From Methanocellales archaeon (GTDB lineage Archaea > Halobacteriota > JAWCLZ01), in assembly GCA_038850285.1 (NCBI GenBank), contig JAWCMA010000011.1:1-40607 (forward strand): DNA of 40,607 nucleotides, in the 5' to 3' direction. Position 1 is the stretch's first letter; each line of letters starts with the position of its first letter. Under the pieces are notes generated by a model. The model ran no database searches. It worked only from the letters and a program-made list of their open reading frames with translations, and was not told the origin of the DNA. This document shows positions 38,485-40,607 of this stretch, in pieces. Position numbers and translations under genes: made by a program.

Positions 38485-40014
38485 TTATTCCCATTCAATT
38501 GTGGAGGGGGGTTTGTGGGTTATATCATACACAACTCTTGTGACCTCTGGAATTTCAGCGGTTATCCTAGTGGAGATATTTTCCAAAATACCATATGGAA
38601 TTTTAGCAAAAGTAGCTGTAAGCGCTTCTTTGCTCACTACCGCCCTAATAGCGACCACGCACCCATAGGCTCGCGAGCCTTTTTTAATTCCAGTGCTTTT
38701 TGTATTTGTTAAAATTGCAAAATACTGCCATAGATCAACACTCACCCCGCTTTTCTCTAGTTCTTCAGCCACTATTTCATCACAGCTTCTTAGAATTCTC
38801 AGCTTCTCAGCTGTAACTTCACCCACTATTCTTATAGCTAGCCCTGGGCCTGGGAATGGCTGTCTCCAGACGATTTTTCTAGGCAGTCCTAAGTATTCTG
38901 CGATTTTTCTAATTTCATCTTTATATAAATCCTTTAATGGTTCAATTATTCGCTTAAACTTAATTCTCGTTGAGAGTCCGTGCACATTATGATAGGTCTT
39001 GATTTTATCATATCCTCGACTGCCAGATTCTACTCTATCTGTATAAATTGTGCCTTGAATTAGAAATTCTGCACTGTTTTTCCTCGCGGCATCTTCAAAT
39101 ACTCTAATGAATTCCTCTCCAATTAGCTTTCTTTTCTGCTCAGGATTTTTAATCCCGCGGAGTTTTCTAAGAAATCTCTGTCTAGCATCCACTTGAATGA
39201 GATTGAAGTTTAATTCTTTAAAGCTCTGTTTGACAAATTCCACTTCATCTTCCCGAAGAAATCCATTGTCCACGAATATCGCTATAAGATTTCTTCCAAT
39301 CGCTTTTGAAGCAAGCACTGCGGCTGTGCTTGAATCAATCCCGCCGCTTAAAGCAATTACTGCTTTTTTATCACCTGCTATTTGCTTTATTTCTTTAATT
39401 GCATTCGCTGCAATTTGCTCAATCTTCCAACTGCGCCTGCATTTGCAGATATTTATAAAATTATTGAGCATCTTAATGCCATTCTCAGTATAAATCACTT
39501 CAGGTTTCCATATCACGCCATATACTGGCTTATTTCTATGCTGAAAAGCAGCAATTGCATTATCTTCTGTTTTTGCTAAAACTTCAAATCCCCCAGGCAG
39601 TTCAATAATGATATCCCCGCGAGTAATGAAAACCTTCTCCTTAGAACGAAACCCCTCGAGCACGCCAGTGGGTATTTCTATCTTTATATTTACAATTCTA
39701 TCCTCTTTCAAACCCTGCTTTATCTTTCCATTGAAAATCTGAGCAATTAAATAACACCCATAGGATATGCCTAGAATAGGAATGTTTAGATTTAGTATAT
39801 CGGAGAAGCACTTTATGCTTAGCTCTTGCGAATCTGAATCTGGAAGGATTATTCCTTTGATATCGAACTTCTTGGTCAATGCCTCAATTTCTCTCGCAGT
39901 TATATTATGCGGCACGATCTCTGAGTATACCTCTAGCTCTCTAATTTTCCGCCCTATAGTATAGCAGTGAGGTGAATTTAAATTTAAAATCAATATACCA
40001 TTTCGCTTGTTCAT
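38485..40014 (-). CDS. guaA: Fused GMP synthase-like protein with a degenerate glutaminase domain
   Basis: ATP-pyrophosphatase motifs SGGIDS, QGTIY.D, PFPGPGLAIR and KPPSTIEWE are present. The GATase motifs read LGISYG and VIWKPE. Confidence 0.88.
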   Translation of the reverse strand: MNKRNGILILNLNSPHCYTIGRKIRELEVYSEIVPHNITAREIEALTKKFDIKGIILPDSDSQELSIKCFSDILNLNIPILGISYGCYLIAQIFNGKIKQGLKEDRIVNIKIEIPTGVLEGFRSKEKVFITRGDIIIELPGGFEVLAKTEDNAIAAFQHRNKPVYGVIWKPEVIYTENGIKMLNNFINICKCRRSWKIEQIAANAIKEIKQIAGDKKAVIALSGGIDSSTAAVLASKAIGRNLIAIFVDNGFLREDEVEFVKQSFKELNFNLIQVDARQRFLRKLRGIKNPEQKRKLIGEEFIRVFEDAARKNSAEFLIQGTIYTDRVESGSRGYDKIKTYHNVHGLSTRIKFKRIIEPLKDLYKDEIRKIAEYLGLPRKIVWRQPFPGPGLAIRIVGEVTAEKLRILRSCDEIVAEELEKSGVSVDLWQYFAILTNTKSTGIKKGSRAYGCVVAIRAVVSKEALTATFAKIPYGILENISTRITAEIPEVTRVVYDITHKPPSTIEWE

Positions 40015-40015
40015 A

Positions 40016-40607
40016 TCACTCTCCCGTTAATGCTGCAACTGGAGCTGGCTCTATCTTGCGATAGACCTTCTTCGGGTTCATTATTCGACCATTAACTGTT
40101 AATAACTCCTCAATTTTGATTTCAAAAAGACGCTCGTTTTCTTTGAGATATGGTAGAATTAATTCCCAGTCTTTTTCAGTGAATGGAGCAAATCTTCCTC
40201 CATTTAATTGATCTACGCCTACTCTGCAATGCGGGTCTCGAATGAATATTGCTCCACCGCTGGCTAAAGAGAAGAGATTTCCCCCTGGATAAGGGGTTTC
40301 AAGTTCAACCATTTTCCCTTCCCAGTTGAATTCAATGCCATTTAAAATTACGAATCCACCGCCATTATGAGGATCGCCAGCCATAAAGGACTCAGCGAGG
40401 TAGTCTAAGCAAGTGCCATTGATCACAACTCTTGGTTTACCAACTGCATTTATCAGCGGGCGCCCAGCAGCATTGCCAAGCACATATACCTCGCCCCCTT
40501 TCGCGCCGTACATAAAAGCCTGGCCTACGCTGCCATATATCACAAGCTTTCCAGATTTTAAGATCTGCGCCACTTGGTCTTGAGCATCTCCATGCACATA
40601 GACCTCA
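40016..40607 (-). CDS. C-terminal part of a glutamate synthase-related protein (GXGXG domain), partial
   Basis: GSVGQAFMYGAKGG..GNAAGRP..DYLAESFMAG..ASGGAIFIRD. The frame appears to stay open to the window edge. Confidence 0.8.
   Translation of the reverse strand, partial: EVYVHGDAQDQVAQILKSGKLVIYGSVGQAFMYGAKGGEVYVLGNAAGRPLINAVGKPRVVINGTCLDYLAESFMAGDPHNGGGFVILNGIEFNWEGKMVELETPYPGGNLFSLASGGAIFIRDPHCRVGVDQLNGGRFAPFTEKDWELILPYLKENERLFEIKIEELLTVNGRIMNPKKVYRKIEPAPVAALTGE

Noticed and set aside
35925-40607. N-methylglutamate (gmaS/mgs) methylamine pathway
   Set aside because: GlnA has canonical GS-I motifs and the glutamate synthase-like gene is truncated by the window, so there is no positive evidence.

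Overview
This is an archaeal chromosomal window, most likely from a methanogen-related Halobacteriota lineage (inferred from the methanogen-type SerRS, TiaS, TFB, aIF5A and Cdc48). Housekeeping blocks lie on both sides. The left block has trpB2, tiaS and rps15-DHH-pcc1-serS-rps3ae. The right block has gar1-tfb-larE-desulfurase-kptA, aIF5A-agmatinase-DHS-JAMM-ribL-cdc48, and gltB-like/guaA-like/amidohydrolase/glnA. Between them is an accessory region of about 13 kb (8.9-22.0 kb) bracketed by two outward-facing paralogous Cys-bearing HTH regulators. It holds four parts: (i) a divergent TFB-like gene followed by MoxR ATPase, GXGXG beta-helix and HExxH-vWA genes; (ii) a complete 1294-bp IS5/IS4-type element with inverted repeats, a 9-bp target duplication and a frameshifted transposase; (iii) a GNAT gene plus small Cys-rich and zincin genes; (iv) a pair of class III CoA-transferases with a Zn-ribbon protein and a 60-aa protein resembling glycyl-radical-enzyme small Fe-S subunits, followed by a class II HMG-CoA reductase. 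Other oddities are a fused GMP synthase whose glutaminase triad is mutated, an unannotated 44-aa four-Cys ORF behind a palindromic operator, a DtxR-type box before the FTR1 permease, and a 54-nt perfect repeat between the two Cdc48 ATPase modules. No rRNA, tRNA or CRISPR array was recognised. All family calls come from motif recognition by eye, not database searches.
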